63,915 nucleotides of DNA from Phoronis australis (lineage: Eukaryota > Animalia > Phoronida), in assembly GCA_002633005.1 (NCBI GenBank), contig NMRA01000366.1, forward strand, positions 122,307 to 186,221, in the 5' to 3' direction. The position numbers and the translations under genes were made by a program. How positions within the stretch are numbered: the stretch's first letter is position 1; each line of letters begins with the position of its first letter. The notes under the pieces were generated by a model, which was given only the letters and a program-made list of their open reading frames with translations, did not search any database and was not told the origin of the DNA. This document shows positions 51,291 through 63,915 of this stretch, one piece after another.

Positions 51291-51676
51291 CAATTTTTGA
51301 ATTAAACGTCCCAATGTCTGAACACTTCAAACCCGAAGTACTAACATCAAATAAATGCCTGTGGGCATGGGCGTTTCGTCGGGTGGAACTTTCTGCGGAA
51401 ATTCCCAGTATAGAAAACGGCAGTGGTGCTTAGTGCAGGTAGAAAGACAGTAGGTGTTGAGGTCGGCAGTAGGTCTCCCGGCTCCTTAGGAGGCCTATTG
51501 AACATCGCACGAGTCCCGCAAGACTTGAAAATACAGCCTCCCCGCAATTTCTGGTACTGTACACTGTTCGCGAATGCGGTCACTTTGTCAATGTGAGTGC
51601 CCCCTTGGTCATTCATGTATAGACATAACTTGTTAGAGTGCATCTTCAGACTCGCGACCAGACCACGGCGCCCGCC

Positions 51677-52543
51677 NNNNNNNNNNNNNNNNNNNNNNNN
51701 NNNNNNNNNNNNNNNNNNNNNNNNNNNNNNNNNNNNNNNNNNNNNNNNNNNNNNNNNNNNNNNNNNNNNNNNNNNNNNNNNNNNNNNNNNNNNNNNNNNN
51801 NNNNNNNNNNNNNNNNNNNNNNNNNNNNNNNNNNNNNNNNNNNNNNNNNNNNNNNNNNNNNNNNNNNNNNNNNNNNNNNNNNNNNNNNNNNNNNNNNNNN
51901 NNNNNNNNNNNNNNNNNNNNNNNNNNNNNNNNNNNNNNNNNNNNNNNNNNNNNNNNNNNNNNNNNNNNNNNNNNNNNNNNNNNNNNNNNNNNNNNNNNNN
52001 NNNNNNNNNNNNNNNNNNNNNNNNNNNNNNNNNNNNNNNNNNNNNNNNNNNNNNNNNNNNNNNNNNNNNNNNNNNNNNNNNNNNNNNNNNNNNNNNNNNN
52101 NNNNNNNNNNNNNNNNNNNNNNNNNNNNNNNNNNNNNNNNNNNNNNNNNNNNNNNNNNNNNNNNNNNNNNNNNNNNNNNNNNNNNNNNNNNNNNNNNNNN
52201 NNNNNNNNNNNNNNNNNNNNNNNNNNNNNNNNNNNNNNNNNNNNNNNNNNNNNNNNNNNNNNNNNNNNNNNNNNNNNNNNNNNNNNNNNNNNNNNNNNNN
52301 NNNNNNNNNNNNNNNNNNNNNNNNNNNNNNNNNNNNNNNNNNNNNNNNNNNNNNNNNNNNNNNNNNNNNNNNNNNNNNNNNNNNNNNNNNNNNNNNNNNN
52401 NNNNNNNNNNNNNNNNNNNNNNNNNNNNNNNNNNNNNNNNNNNNNNNNNNNNNNNNNNNNNNNNNNNNNNNNNNNNNNNNNNNNNNNNNNNNNNNNNNNN
52501 NNNNNNNNNNNNNNNNNNNNNNNNNNNNNNNNNNNNNNNNNNN
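51677..52543. other. assembly gap (N run)
   Basis: N run. Confidence 1.
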
Positions 52544-53316
52544 GCCAGTGGCTCGGAACCCCATCAGGCCCGCCGTGGTTGGACTGACTGGTTATCCCGG
52601 CCATTGGCTCGGAACCCGATCAGGCCAGTCGCGGCCGCCGGGACTGGCACGAACATAATCAGCTTGAGTTGGAAACTAAACCCCCAGTTACGAAAAGACT
52701 ATAATAGTGAGCCAAAGAAATAATGTGCACGTAATTATTTATGTGAATTAGCCACGAAACTGGAAATCTACTTACTTGCCGGGGCCGCGAAGTCGGGTTC
52801 TTCCACAGACCGTCAGGGCAAACGTTGTACAGTAACAACGATTTGAATAATGTATTTGTATTTCTAAATAAAGATTCCCCTAACTTGTGACCATAGCGTA
52901 TAAAATCGAGTAATTGTTTCACAACCGTGCTTTCTGTCAACAAACACTGGATTAGCATGCGCTCACATGGCCTCGGTGCCCGGTCAATTACCTTTATTGC
53001 CGGCATCAAAAGCGGCCGGTAACGCAGTGGTTTATTCATTGCTGGCTTCTCAACATTTGCACTCACGAATACTGCAAAGGCATTACAAGTTGTATCTAAT
53101 GAGACAGACTTCGTTTCAGTTTTATATAAGCATTGGTTAGGATGAGAATAATTCATCACTTTTGAAACAGAAAGCAGAATAATAAACGTCTAAATGGCAA
53201 CTCGCCCGGCGCCAATCCCGACTTAGTCAAGAGCTCCTCCGACGAAGACTTCACGGGTCGGATCGTTAGGTTTCACAGGCTATCAGTTCGAGCCGGAATA
53301 CACTGATCAAGAAATA

Positions 53317-53607
53317 CTAGAGAGGCGCCGTGAACATGCACAGGCAACGGAACGCATGGATAGTTCTTTGGTAAGCCGGAATTCCGCCAGAGAAATCACT
53401 GTTGACGAAATGCCGACCACAGACACGGAGTTGTTTCACGGCCCCATAATTGCTATTAACAGCGTACCTTTCATTCTTCACTACTGCGAACCACTTCCTA
53501 AGCAATTCGGGCTCTCGAGGAAGTCGAAGAAACGATATACCCGCTTTCTTCGAAGCTTCATAGTTCGGAATAGCGGGAACGATGCACCGCAATATAGCGA
53601 CATTCAC
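53317..53607 (-). pseudogene. THAP zinc-finger domain remnant of a transposase
   Basis: GISFLRLPREPELLRKW...LRVCGRHF..SDF gives THAP P, W and CxxHF; N-terminal MSLYC lies in another frame (frameshift). Confidence 0.8.
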
Positions 53608-54411
53608 TCTGCAGACGAACCACCGAAGTCGCTGCGTCGTTTCTCACCTTCCTCACAGGTTAACGCGACACCTCTCGGCAAGGTGAGGTCGACCGTATAA
53701 GAGGCGATGTGAATATAGACCGATTAAGACGGTAAAAAAGACTAATTAAATCGGGTGGCATTCTCCTTTACCAGCCTTAACTTCAACAACTGCGAGAATT
53801 GGCGATTTGTAATAAAATCACAAAACAATGTTTTTAAAATTTCTGCTCAAAGCTCATCCAACAGTAGTCTCAGAAGGTAAAAAATGCCTTGTCTGGACAC
53901 AGTTCTTAGTGTGTCATTTCATTAACTTGATTATGTACTTTTGTAGTGAAATGAAACTTGTAAATGTACATTATGGGACTTTTGGTCTTGCTTGTCTGCT
54001 CAAAAGCGCAGGTATATGTAGAAACTTGAATTTCAGCTGGATGGCTGGATTTTGTTTTGGAGTATGGGACTTTATTTCTATCGGGTTACAAGGAGTTACG
54101 TGGATAGGGTGTGTCTGAGTGTGTTTGTTGACGTGTGTCCACAATCATCATGGTGATTGGTTAAGGCTTGTTGTGGTTTATCCTCATCTTACTTTTTGAT
54201 GTGCCTTCAATACACACTCTTTGGCTTGTGGCGGCAGTCATTTTGTTGACTTTTTAACTCAAGTACTGGTATTTTTTCATTTTTCAACATTTCCGTTGTT
54301 CTTTGAGCTGTTTGATACTCTCTGCATTTTGAAAGTGATCTTGGTGTTTTGTTTTGTTTTGAACATCATGTCTATTCCTTATGCTTGGCATGTAGCTCAG
54401 TAACGACGTAC

Positions 54412-54557
54412 TATGGTAATGATGTAGGTGTGGCTTATGGTCATGATGTAGGTGTGGCTTATGGTCATGATGTAGGTGTGGCTTATGGTCATGATGTAGG
54501 TGTGGCTTATGGTCATGATGTAGGTGTGGCTTATGGTCATCATGTTGGTGTGGCTTA
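54412..54557. repeat. 24-bp minisatellite x6 (tatggtcatgatgtaggtgtggct)
   Basis: contiguous units with no spacers. Confidence 0.95.
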
Positions 54558-56182
54558 AGTTCAATTCATAGTAACTTTGTTACCCCTCGTGCGGACCGTG
54601 AAATACGTGAGGACTCAAATTAATTGACATCTGACATAATAGTAAAGTGATATATATTTATTGAAAAATACACAGAACATACAAAGAAATAATGACAAAC
54701 CCAGAAATCGCGAAGCATTATATCTGGATTGTAAACAATTCATAAATGAAACTAATATACATAGAAATATATACATTTGAGTAGTATCTAATATCAGTAT
54801 TTCAATACTTAGATATGCTATTACGAATATATAAAACAAAAATATGTACAGATTCATGTATGGAAATCAGAAGGTACAATATTGATAAATGGTACAACAT
54901 ACACGATGTAATAGTGTTTTCAGCCTGTTGTATTTCTGACGTATTTGTTGCAGTGAACATTGCACACCCTGACAATGAAAGTGGAAGTCAGAATAAAATA
55001 TTTTGCCATTATATTTTACTGATAGTTTGGTCTGCTGAGTTGAAACAAACAGTATTTTAAGGACGACCTTATTGGTGAAATATTTTTTTGTAATTTGGAA
55101 AGTTAATGTTCATTTAACGTATATTTTAAAAACTCCAGTTTGGTATTTCATACAGGTAAAATTATGTTAAATCCTAACGAAGGGAAAAATGTGAGTCTCA
55201 CCTTAATTTAAAAACGCAAAGAGCGGAAGGTGTTGTTGGTCGTTTATTTGTTTTAGGCGGGCTTAAATTTGAACTGAAAGTGTTTTGAGAAGCCTTGTGT
55301 TCGAATTTTAATCGAGGACCCAGGTGTTGCATCTAAGGGAGCCACTCTCCCTGCAAGATGTTAATCAGTAAAATCCTGTAGAATCATCACAATGTGCTGC
55401 TTGTCGGGTAAAGGCAAGTGAATTTTGTGCATTTGAACAGCTGAGTTGAGCCTTTATGAAGACTTCTGTTTTTAAGTCAGTTTTAATTATTTGTTAAAAA
55501 TAGTGTTGAGAACATAAGACTGGACTTCAGTCTGGGGCCCTCGATGACTCAAGTATAGGGCCGAATATACAGCACACATCACGAATTTTTGGCCGCCCGG
55601 TCGGAAATTGGTCGACGACTAGCCGTCGACCGGTCGGCTAAATTAGTCAAGTAAAAAAACGGGCGTTCTGGTTCTCGGGTGAAGCATCATCATACTAGCT
55701 GCCTTTGTGCGGCAAAGCGGTATACTAAATATACAGCTTTGCGCCGATGTGGGTAAAAACTGAACATGTAAAATCTTCACCCGGCGAATTTTTTTTTAAC
55801 GACACTCTTCCTTGAGTAAACCAAATTATTTCATCGGCGCTCGAGAGAAATTGTCGTTCTGTCGTTATTCTGCGTTCTCTTAAGTCGGCTTACATTGGCC
55901 GGTTCCTTTTCCGCCGATTCTTCAGTCAACTGTTCTTCTACAAGGTTGCGTACCTGGCACAACAAATTATCGAAACTGGTTTCATTTCGTTATAAGTTTT
56001 TAGTACTTTATACCAGCAAACCGAATTTCATAACAAACCTTGTTGCCGCCAAGTTGTCATCATCTTTCGAAAGATGTCGCAAAATTTTTCTGAGGAAATG
56101 GCGCGCGCACATGTCACTTATTATTACAACAGTTCATTAGATTGTTTTTCACTCAAGCGGTTGCAAACTGCAAGGTGAGTGT

Positions 56183-56461
56183 NNNNNNNNNNNNNNNNNN
56201 NNNNNNNNNNNNNNNNNNNNNNNNNNNNNNNNNNNNNNNNNNNNNNNNNNNNNNNNNNNNNNNNNNNNNNNNNNNNNNNNNNNNNNNNNNNNNNNNNNNN
56301 NNNNNNNNNNNNNNNNNNNNNNNNNNNNNNNNNNNNNNNNNNNNNNNNNNNNNNNNNNNNNNNNNNNNNNNNNNNNNNNNNNNNNNNNNNNNNNNNNNNN
56401 NNNNNNNNNNNNNNNNNNNNNNNNNNNNNNNNNNNNNNNNNNNNNNNNNNNNNNNNNNNNN
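56183..56461. other. assembly gap (N run)
   Basis: N run. Confidence 1.
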
Positions 56462-59399
56462 GGCGGTCCCATTTGATCCCCGGAGGTCCTGTTTAGAGGA
56501 CCGGCGGTCATGTTGTTTCTCACCCGTGTAGATCTAAATCTATTGCTTTAGTGACGTGAGCTTTGTAATCCCATTATAAGCTATTAATTAAACTGTATAA
56601 TCCGACTATAACAGAATCATAATGACAAGAGACAGTTATTGCGATGATGGCTATTGGTCCAAATAAATGAACAGAAACCGTGGCTAATTAAGCGTGTACC
56701 CGTAATTATTGGTAGGAATGACGTAATGTATACAATTTGGTTCGTGCCATTAGCGAGAGAAAGGGAATAAGGGTTAGACGAGAGTGTAAATGGTGAGGGG
56801 TAGACGGTAAAATAAAAATAAACTGTAAGCGGGGAGCTTTTTGCAAAACAGTCCAACTTACGCCCAAAGTTAGGTGTGGTTTATTTGATCGATATATGTC
56901 CCGAACGATAAAACGTGTGTACTATTCTCAGTTTCTCAAGGAGTAAAATGACAGGGCGTAAGTGAAAGGGTGATGTACCGTGGCAACAACAGGAATTCCT
57001 AAAACATAGATGTTCATTTAAGATAAATAATTTCGGAAAATTGGACAAGGCATAAATGGCTCCACAAGACATATCGCACTGTAAATATGTTATGACCGGA
57101 ATACAAGGAGCATGCTATCGAATTATTATGATGGAGATGACAGCTTGCAGTTGTTTTTTACCAGTTTATAACGTATAATGAGCCTCATTAATTAACAAGT
57201 ATCACTAGAAGACCGTTTGCTATTTTTGTCAATTTCATAAAATGCACAAAATGGTGGCATCGCTTTTGTAAAACGTGTACAGCGCTGACTACGGCGATAC
57301 GTACATGTAAAGACAATTCAAAGTTTTACTCAGTCGTTTTTTCACCAAAAACAACACGGCGCGGAATTGTACATATTACCCCTCCAGGCGCATACCAGCA
57401 TCAGAGTTTGAACCATAAGAAATAAATATTGACATTTATATTTTTTATATGTCATCATTTTGGTACACTTTCGGGGGAGCGGGGGAGCAGAAAAGTGTAC
57501 TATTTTTATACTCACGAAAATTGCTTAATAATTATTGCTCACGTCTCTTCGCAATATGGAAACTGTGACCTCGTAAATAGTAACCCTTTATATACTAACA
57601 TGTTTACCTTGACTGTTCGGAAGTTCTAAAGAGCTAGGCACTGTTTTGTTGGAGTACCAACAGAAATTCGGAATTACATTTCTAATGTTGCAAAATTGCG
57701 AATGCATGAGGAATAAGCCATGGTTAACGATTACATTAGAATTCGCTTCATAAATTGAAAAAGAAAGAATATGTAACCATTTAATTCCCACGTCTGAAAC
57801 TCAAAGGTAACATCTAGTTAAATTGTGGACGCCGATAACACACTGGAGTGGTTGTCGTCGGATAAGATATTCTATTTTTTTAACAGCTGACGAAGAGGAA
57901 ACGAATGAGTAATTTCTAGATCGAATACGCAACTGTACTTTCTGTGTCACCGACGTATTGAGCAATATCTGAACGAATAAAACATAACTATCACAGTTCG
58001 CTAATCGCGTCGTTTCTTCATAACTCAGTTAGCGGTGAAAGTTAATACGCAATTACGTGGAATGGTGACAAATCAAGGAATATACTATAACAAGTTGACT
58101 TAATAATATAATAATGTAATTTGATTGTCACTGATTTCATTACGTCTTCAAACAAATTGAATCAATTTATTCTGCTTGTGTTCATAATCTGTTAACTTTG
58201 ATGTAACCAGCCAAAACTAAACCATCTCAGGATGTTATATCATCGATGCTTCAATCATGCAGATTCAATTCTGTAATTGAACTATACCGGTCCAACCCAT
58301 GTGTTCGAGACAAACGCTAGACTCCTTCGATTAAACTGCATCCAGTTTTAATAAAACTAACAAATTCTCTTTTTGTTGAAAATCGATGAAATACATTTGT
58401 TGGGGCAACCATTTTTCTACTATTTCGCTCTTGGTTATACATTAATGTTAGGATTCCTACCAATTTGTTAAACCGGCGGTCACTACTAGTTTTGATCTTA
58501 TTTTATCAAAGAAATTGAACAGGAAGTTAATTACTAATTACGCATTTGTCTTTAAGAGACTGCGCTCAAATGTAGCTTCCATTTACACGCAAATGATTTT
58601 AAATTTGCTGCATTCTCCTAGAAAATCATATTCATGGAAATACCAAGATCACGTCGCCGTGAATTGTAAAACGTGAAAAGTGTTACCTCATATACTCATG
58701 CGTACGTACGTGCCGGTAATCTTGGCAAACGTTCGTTATAAGCTCAGACACTGGTTTGGCCCGCAGTAGGGGCACAGCGGGACCATAACCACCTGTTCGT
58801 CGAAAATCATTTTGCATGCCCCTTCCCCGTTCGTTGCAAACTGCCACAGGTTGCCACCCACTTCAGCTCCCTTTGTCGCCAACAGTGTTTTGATTAATGC
58901 GCAATGGAAATATGGACGCGTAAGAAGCAACATGAAAATATTAGTTTGATTCCTCTCGCGTAACCGACAGTAATTCGACAGATAAATATTTTTTGTTCAG
59001 TATAAAATGTACTTTTTTACCAAAAACGATTGCTTCCTGAAAATGAAAAGCGGTGAAATAATTTTAGTAGTTTACCAATCGTCGTCCCCGTCCCAGACAG
59101 CGAGGGGAAACAAAGCGTTTTACGGACGGCCCAGTCTTGCCAAGCGTTGAGACGTATCGGGTGCTTATTGGGGAGTCCAAAGTAAAAGAACTCACGAATG
59201 AGTTTCAAAGCTTTCAACAGAAAATAGCCTCGCTTTGGGCTAAAATCACATCTTATGCACTGAACGACCACTTTGAATTATTTACGAAACAATGAAGTAG
59301 GCCGCCATACGCCAGTGTGTTGAGCAGGCACACGAATCAGTCGCTTTGGTTTCACCTTCCATGAGCCCTACATGTACACACACATGCATGCTGGCTGAC

Positions 59400-59580
59400 T
59401 GACATTAGATAGACAGAAATACGCAAATACACACATACGTGGACGCACATACACACAAACGTCTACAGTCACACAAACAACCAGTGATACACACACATGC
59501 ATATAGTTTTCTCACATACATACATACCGGTTCATACATTGCACACACACACACACTCAAACACGCGCGCGCGCGCCTAA
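59400..59580. repeat. degenerate CA-rich microsatellite with short (CG)n
   Basis: direct reading. Confidence 0.8.
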
Positions 59581-61518
59581 ATACATTATATATCCGTACA
59601 ACGTGGAACATTCACTGGATACATATACATTAGCCTTTCAAAATAAAGATGGAAATGTAGTCTAATTATCAATTCAATCAGACTGAGAAATTACAATCAA
59701 ATGCATGACTTTAAAACATTTTTAATATGTTTTAAAAAGTTATCACTTATTTATTAAAGCGATTACGCAAAACAAACACGATTAGATCACGTCGTTTTAT
59801 TTTAAAATAGACCAAGAACGAATCGAAAATGGTTCTCTTTTTTGAAATGTTTATAAATTATATATGGCACTAAAGGAATTCCCCATGTAAACCAATTTTT
59901 GCTAAAACCCTACTCTACGCTACCGCTCTATCCAAATTAAAAATTTTCTGCGGATAAAATGTTGTTTTATATCGTTAGTGTTTCTAAACAGCAGGTGCTG
60001 TAGCAATCGGTGAAAACCTACAGAGTACATTCTCACGAAGCGATATTTTCACAAAGAAGCTTTACTTCGGTAGAATTACCAGGCGCCAATCTGTACACGG
60101 GATCTCTACCAAATTAACCATAATTTCAGACAGTTAAATCGTCACTGGCAGTACAAATAACGTAAATAGGTGTTGGTACTACACAGAAACCAGACTAAAA
60201 GTGCTGATTTAGGCTTGCCGGCGATTTACAAATTAATTTGAGAAACGAATTACGCATGCTGTGGATACGGGGATAATTTGACGAGAAAATGCAAGAACAT
60301 AATGAGGTTACTTAAGAGCCAAATTTGATGAGATGTGGTACGGGTTCCTAACATTAGTTAAATCATACACAGTGCAATTTAGTTAACCAATGACTGAACA
60401 AGGACATTGTGTTTCGCGCACACAGTCCGCAAAACGTATACTAGCCATCCTCCACGTTGAGAAGAAGGTTTCGATTAGATATTGAATCACGTTCACGCCA
60501 AAGCATTTTGACAGAAAACTATACGACGTGAGTTTAAATTCAGGTTATTATTTCTAATAGGGAATTAAGAAATGAATTGCGGGTTGTTAAATTACAGTTT
60601 TTAGTCACAGGGTTGTAATCACCTGTCCAGTTTACGAGTTTCTACTTGTGGTTAGAGTTCGATGAAGGTAGGAATCTTGTGTATATAATCACTGCATCAT
60701 TGTATTCAAAACTCAATTAAATGTGTAGTCTATAAGAGTGACAATTTCCTGAAATTGTCGCTTTCTCGTTCAGTAGAATATCTAACCTGTCTACAAACCA
60801 ATCATTATCCAGTCAAGCAACAATTATTTCATAACTTCGGAATGCATTTTGTGCGTTGAAGGGTGTACAGTAATAGTAGAAGTAGCGGTAAAATTGACCG
60901 GAACATTCTGGTTCGTTTTGCCGAAATTTTCCTCTAAACGTGACGTTTGAAAACGCTATCAATTATTCACAAGACGCAACGATACATTTAGAATCTGTTC
61001 TTATGTAACCTGAATAAAACCTCTCCAGATATTAACCGAATCATTTGATTTCAGTGAAGTGATGAGTAGAACTGAAAAAAACGCCGGTTTGTGTGTGTCA
61101 CAGGTTATCGGAGACCTTATCAACAAAACTTTGTATTTACCCAAATGTCCTTAAAGCTACAGATTGTAACTTAGTCAAAGAATACATTTCCTAAAAGTAG
61201 AAAGTCTATAGAATTTTTTACTTTTTACCAATCTGTCATTAATTGGGTCACGTGACCGTGTTTTAAGTAAAATCTAGCAAAAGAAATTTACATTCACAGC
61301 AAACAACACCAGCAGTAACACGTACAATATTTGTTCCATATAAAATTTCAAAAAAGTTGCTACAGTTTTGTAAAGCATCATGATTGCATTTTCGATTTAT
61401 GCACCTTCTGAACTTTTTTCATAAAACCATTAAAGCTCTATATTTTTGATAGCTTGTTATGCAAGAGTAATTTTTCTAAAAGGAATTTAAGTTTACGTGG
61501 GACCTTATTTAAAAGGCA

Positions 61519-61725
61519 GAGGAGGCAGTGTGGCCTAGTGGGATAAGTGCCCACCTCCTCTATTGAAGGTCAAGGTCGTGGGTTCTAACTCCTCAGCTCG
61601 GTTTTATCTATATATTATTAAGACATAAAAATGTTTCCAGGTGATCAATGCCATAGGCCCACCCGATCGACTTGCACATGTCTGGTTGACAACGTGTACG
61701 TGACCGCCTGCAACTATTTTTTATT
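61519..61725 (+). mobile_element. tRNA-derived SINE
   Basis: A box GTGGCCTAGTGG, degenerate B box GGTTCTAACTCC; matches the 6047 copy. Confidence 0.65.
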
Positions 61726-62145
61726 GTATGCAAAAGTGGAACATTTTAAATACAATATTCCTGGCGTTTTCGAGAACACTATATTAAGCATAGCATGCGA
61801 AGGTTTCATACGAATTCGGTCAGCCATTTCTGATGTATGATGTCCTGAAAGAAGCCAAATTCAGACATTTTTCTAGGTTCCTGTCAAAGAACACGCTGCC
61901 TCCTTTGTTTGACTTACCCTTTTGTCGTTTCGTTCCTAACATCATTTGTTATTTAAAGCTCATTGCATATATCATCATCCCTTGTGTCGTTATCTTCTTA
62001 ATTTTTACATTTTTTGTTCTCTACTTGTTTAATTTAACTTCACGTAGTTTAAGTAGCTTAATTAACTTTGAACTCAGGAGGATCAGGCTGTGCACACGTA
62101 CTTTTAGCTTGTTTTATTTGTTTCGTATCCTCTATAAATGAAGTG

Positions 62146-62445
62146 TATTATTAATATTATTATCATTATCATCATTGTTATTATCATCATCATTATTATT
62201 ATTTATTATTATTATTGTTGTTGTTTTTATTCTGATCATTATTATTATTATCACTATCACCATCATCATATTAGTATTATTATCAGTATTATTATTATCG
62301 CCATTACTTTTATTATTGTTATCACCATCATCATCCTCATCAGATTAATATTATTGTTAGCATTATTACTATTATTATTATTATTATCACCATTATTTTT
62401 ATTATTGTAATCATCAACATTACCATCATCATCATCATTGTTATT
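62146..62445. repeat. (ATT/ATC)n low-complexity tract
   Basis: direct reading. Confidence 0.9.
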
Positions 62446-62787
62446 CTTCGTTTGAGCGCGGGCCGTGTCCCATCAATGACGTAGTTCTCACTTCGTTCAC
62501 AAGAGTTTCACAGGACAGGCTAACCTGAGTAGGAAACGATGACACTTGCTACACCCTCAGTAACAACATCGTCCACATGTCCCCAGCCCGTGGTTTCATC
62601 GAGATTTTAGAGCGGGCTTTGACGTTCTGGAAACGAGTATGGTGTTGTTGACTGGCCCCTTTAATTTGTAAATGTAATGTAATGTAATAAAGTGTTTAGT
62701 AGATTTACTAAGACTAGCAAACATACTTCAAAAAGGCCTAGCGTCGGTTGTAGCACTAACACTATCGATGACGTCATGTTATTTCAG

Positions 62788-62902
62788 GTTTGGTTTCAAA
62801 ATAGAAGAGCAAAATGGCGACGACAGGAAAAGCTCGAAAGTAGTTCATTAAAAATAAACGACACCTACCCTATGGCGTCCCTAACGGCAAGAAATCCTAC
62901 AG
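62788..62902 (+). CDS. Rx: retinal homeobox (Rx/Rax) exon: homeodomain helix 3 and Rx domain
   Basis: tttcag/gtaagc; VWFQNRRAKWRRQEKLESSSLKINDTYPMASL; PRD-class phase-0 intron before VWFQN, Q50, and a RRQEKLExSSxK tail typical of Rx. Confidence 0.88.
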
Positions 62903-63320
62903 GTAAGCAATTGGTGAAAACATTCTAGTACAGTACATTTGTGGGCCATCCTTAAAAACAAACGCGTACTACCTTAAGGGTCATCTGTTCGTCCTTTCCT
63001 CGGGACTTTCTTTAACCGAATGTCACATTTCTGTAACCCCACCACATCAACACGTCCCTGAATGTTTCGGAGAGTGTTACATCCCGTCGTTACGAAAGGT
63101 ACCACACCTTGTCTACGCCTATATGTACATTCATGTTACGACCAGCGCAGCAAACCCCCACATGCTGCAAAAGATGTCGTACCCTCCGCACCTTACAGCG
63201 GGTGTTAAAACACCGCAAGAAACAAAGTGTTGATTTACCCATATTACGAGTGGTGGCAGATTCTCCGTACTTTAAGACGTGTGTTGCAAATTCCTTAGTG
63301 TTACAGAGGGTGGCACATCC

Positions 63321-63490
63321 CAGAAGCGAATTTAAGGGAGGTGGGGGGGGAGGGGCAAAGGGGCCATGTACACCCCCTAATATTTTTTCAGATTCCATTT
63401 GGTTATTCGGGGGTGCGAATGTCTGACAGGCAAATTTCTGGCTAATACTCTGCCCTGACCCCCTAACTCAAAATCCTGGATCCGCCCTTG
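63321..63490 (+). mobile_element. MITE in Rx intron
   Basis: same family as the 13210 and 33092 copies; flanks catcc/catct resemble a 5-bp TSD. Confidence 0.7.
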
Positions 63491-63915
63491 CATCTCCTGA
63501 ACCTTATGTGTGTCAAAGGTCCCCACATGTTGCGAATTAGGATTATATTTTCCTAGCGTATAGCGAAGGATGACTGGTGATGTGACACATACTGTGCGAA
63601 GCTCTAAACGGGATCGTGCATGTATTCGACATCTTTCGCAACACTTACATGTAGATGTGAGAGACTTCATTCATGCAACATGCTGGAGAGGGTCTCGAAG
63701 TCTTATTTGTCAACGTGGATTGTAATACAAAAACGTCATAAACCCGTCTTACGTCACAAAAATGGTTTTTGAATAATGTCACTTACTTTTATGAAATAGT
63801 TCTCTAATTGCTCAAAGTCAAATTGGAGCTGATTTCATGACTTCGAAAGAGCTGAAACCAGGATGTACATGTTGGCTTTTTTAGGCGTGTTACTATATAC
63901 ACAGTGCATGGTCTT

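Larger units (their letters stand above)
49255..53767 (-). mobile_element. Kolobok-like element with 15-bp TIRs and TTAA/TTAC flanks
   Basis: left TTAA|AGGAGAATGCCTCCC; reverse complement of right end AGGAGAATGCCACCC; THAP remnant next to the right end; spans an N gap. Confidence 0.7.

Noticed and set aside
52659-53159. 166-aa minus-strand ORF
   Set aside because: No recognisable motifs; lies inside a decayed transposon
54412-54557. 24-bp repeat as a CRISPR array or a GHDVGVAY repeat protein
   Set aside because: No spacers, no cas genes, eukaryotic context; no convincing start or splice sites
56142-56182. CAAG|GTGAGT donor-like site before the gap as an Rx exon end
   Set aside because: Upstream sequence shows no Rx similarity and lies next to an interspersed repeat
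62138-62410. Hydrophobic 90-aa ORF
   Set aside because: Translation of an (ATT/ATC)n tract

Overview
Intron-rich, AT-rich animal (invertebrate-like) genomic scaffold with three N-gaps and several single-N contig joins; nothing prokaryotic (no CRISPR, rRNA or true tRNA). From left to right: (1) the last four coding exons of a RIM/RIMS/unc-10 active-zone gene (C2B domain, + strand) with a probable ~4.2 kb 3' UTR. (2) A decayed Hero-type RLE non-LTR retrotransposon (-) abutting a Polinton/adintovirus-type protein-primed DNA polymerase B fragment (+). (3) The main discovery, largely invisible in the ORF track: an intact 16-exon + strand gene (19668-45415) with TATA box, Inr and polyA signal. It encodes a 568-aa secreted, helix-rich pre-pro-polyprotein: signal peptide, propeptide, two ~228-aa Cys-free modules (~56% identical) and a furin-type RATR/basic linker. 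It arose by internal tandem duplication, carries a GC-AG intron in both modules and shows fast amino-acid divergence. I do not recognise its family. (4) Many TE insertions, including Kolobok-like TTAA elements (one apparently hemizygous and assembled beside the empty allele), a hAT transposase remnant, a Helentron-like element, MITEs and tRNA-derived SINEs. (5) One exon of an Rx/Rax retinal homeobox gene whose upstream exons are not in the sequenced part of the window. All exon models and identity counts were made by hand; family names come from motif recognition, not database searches.
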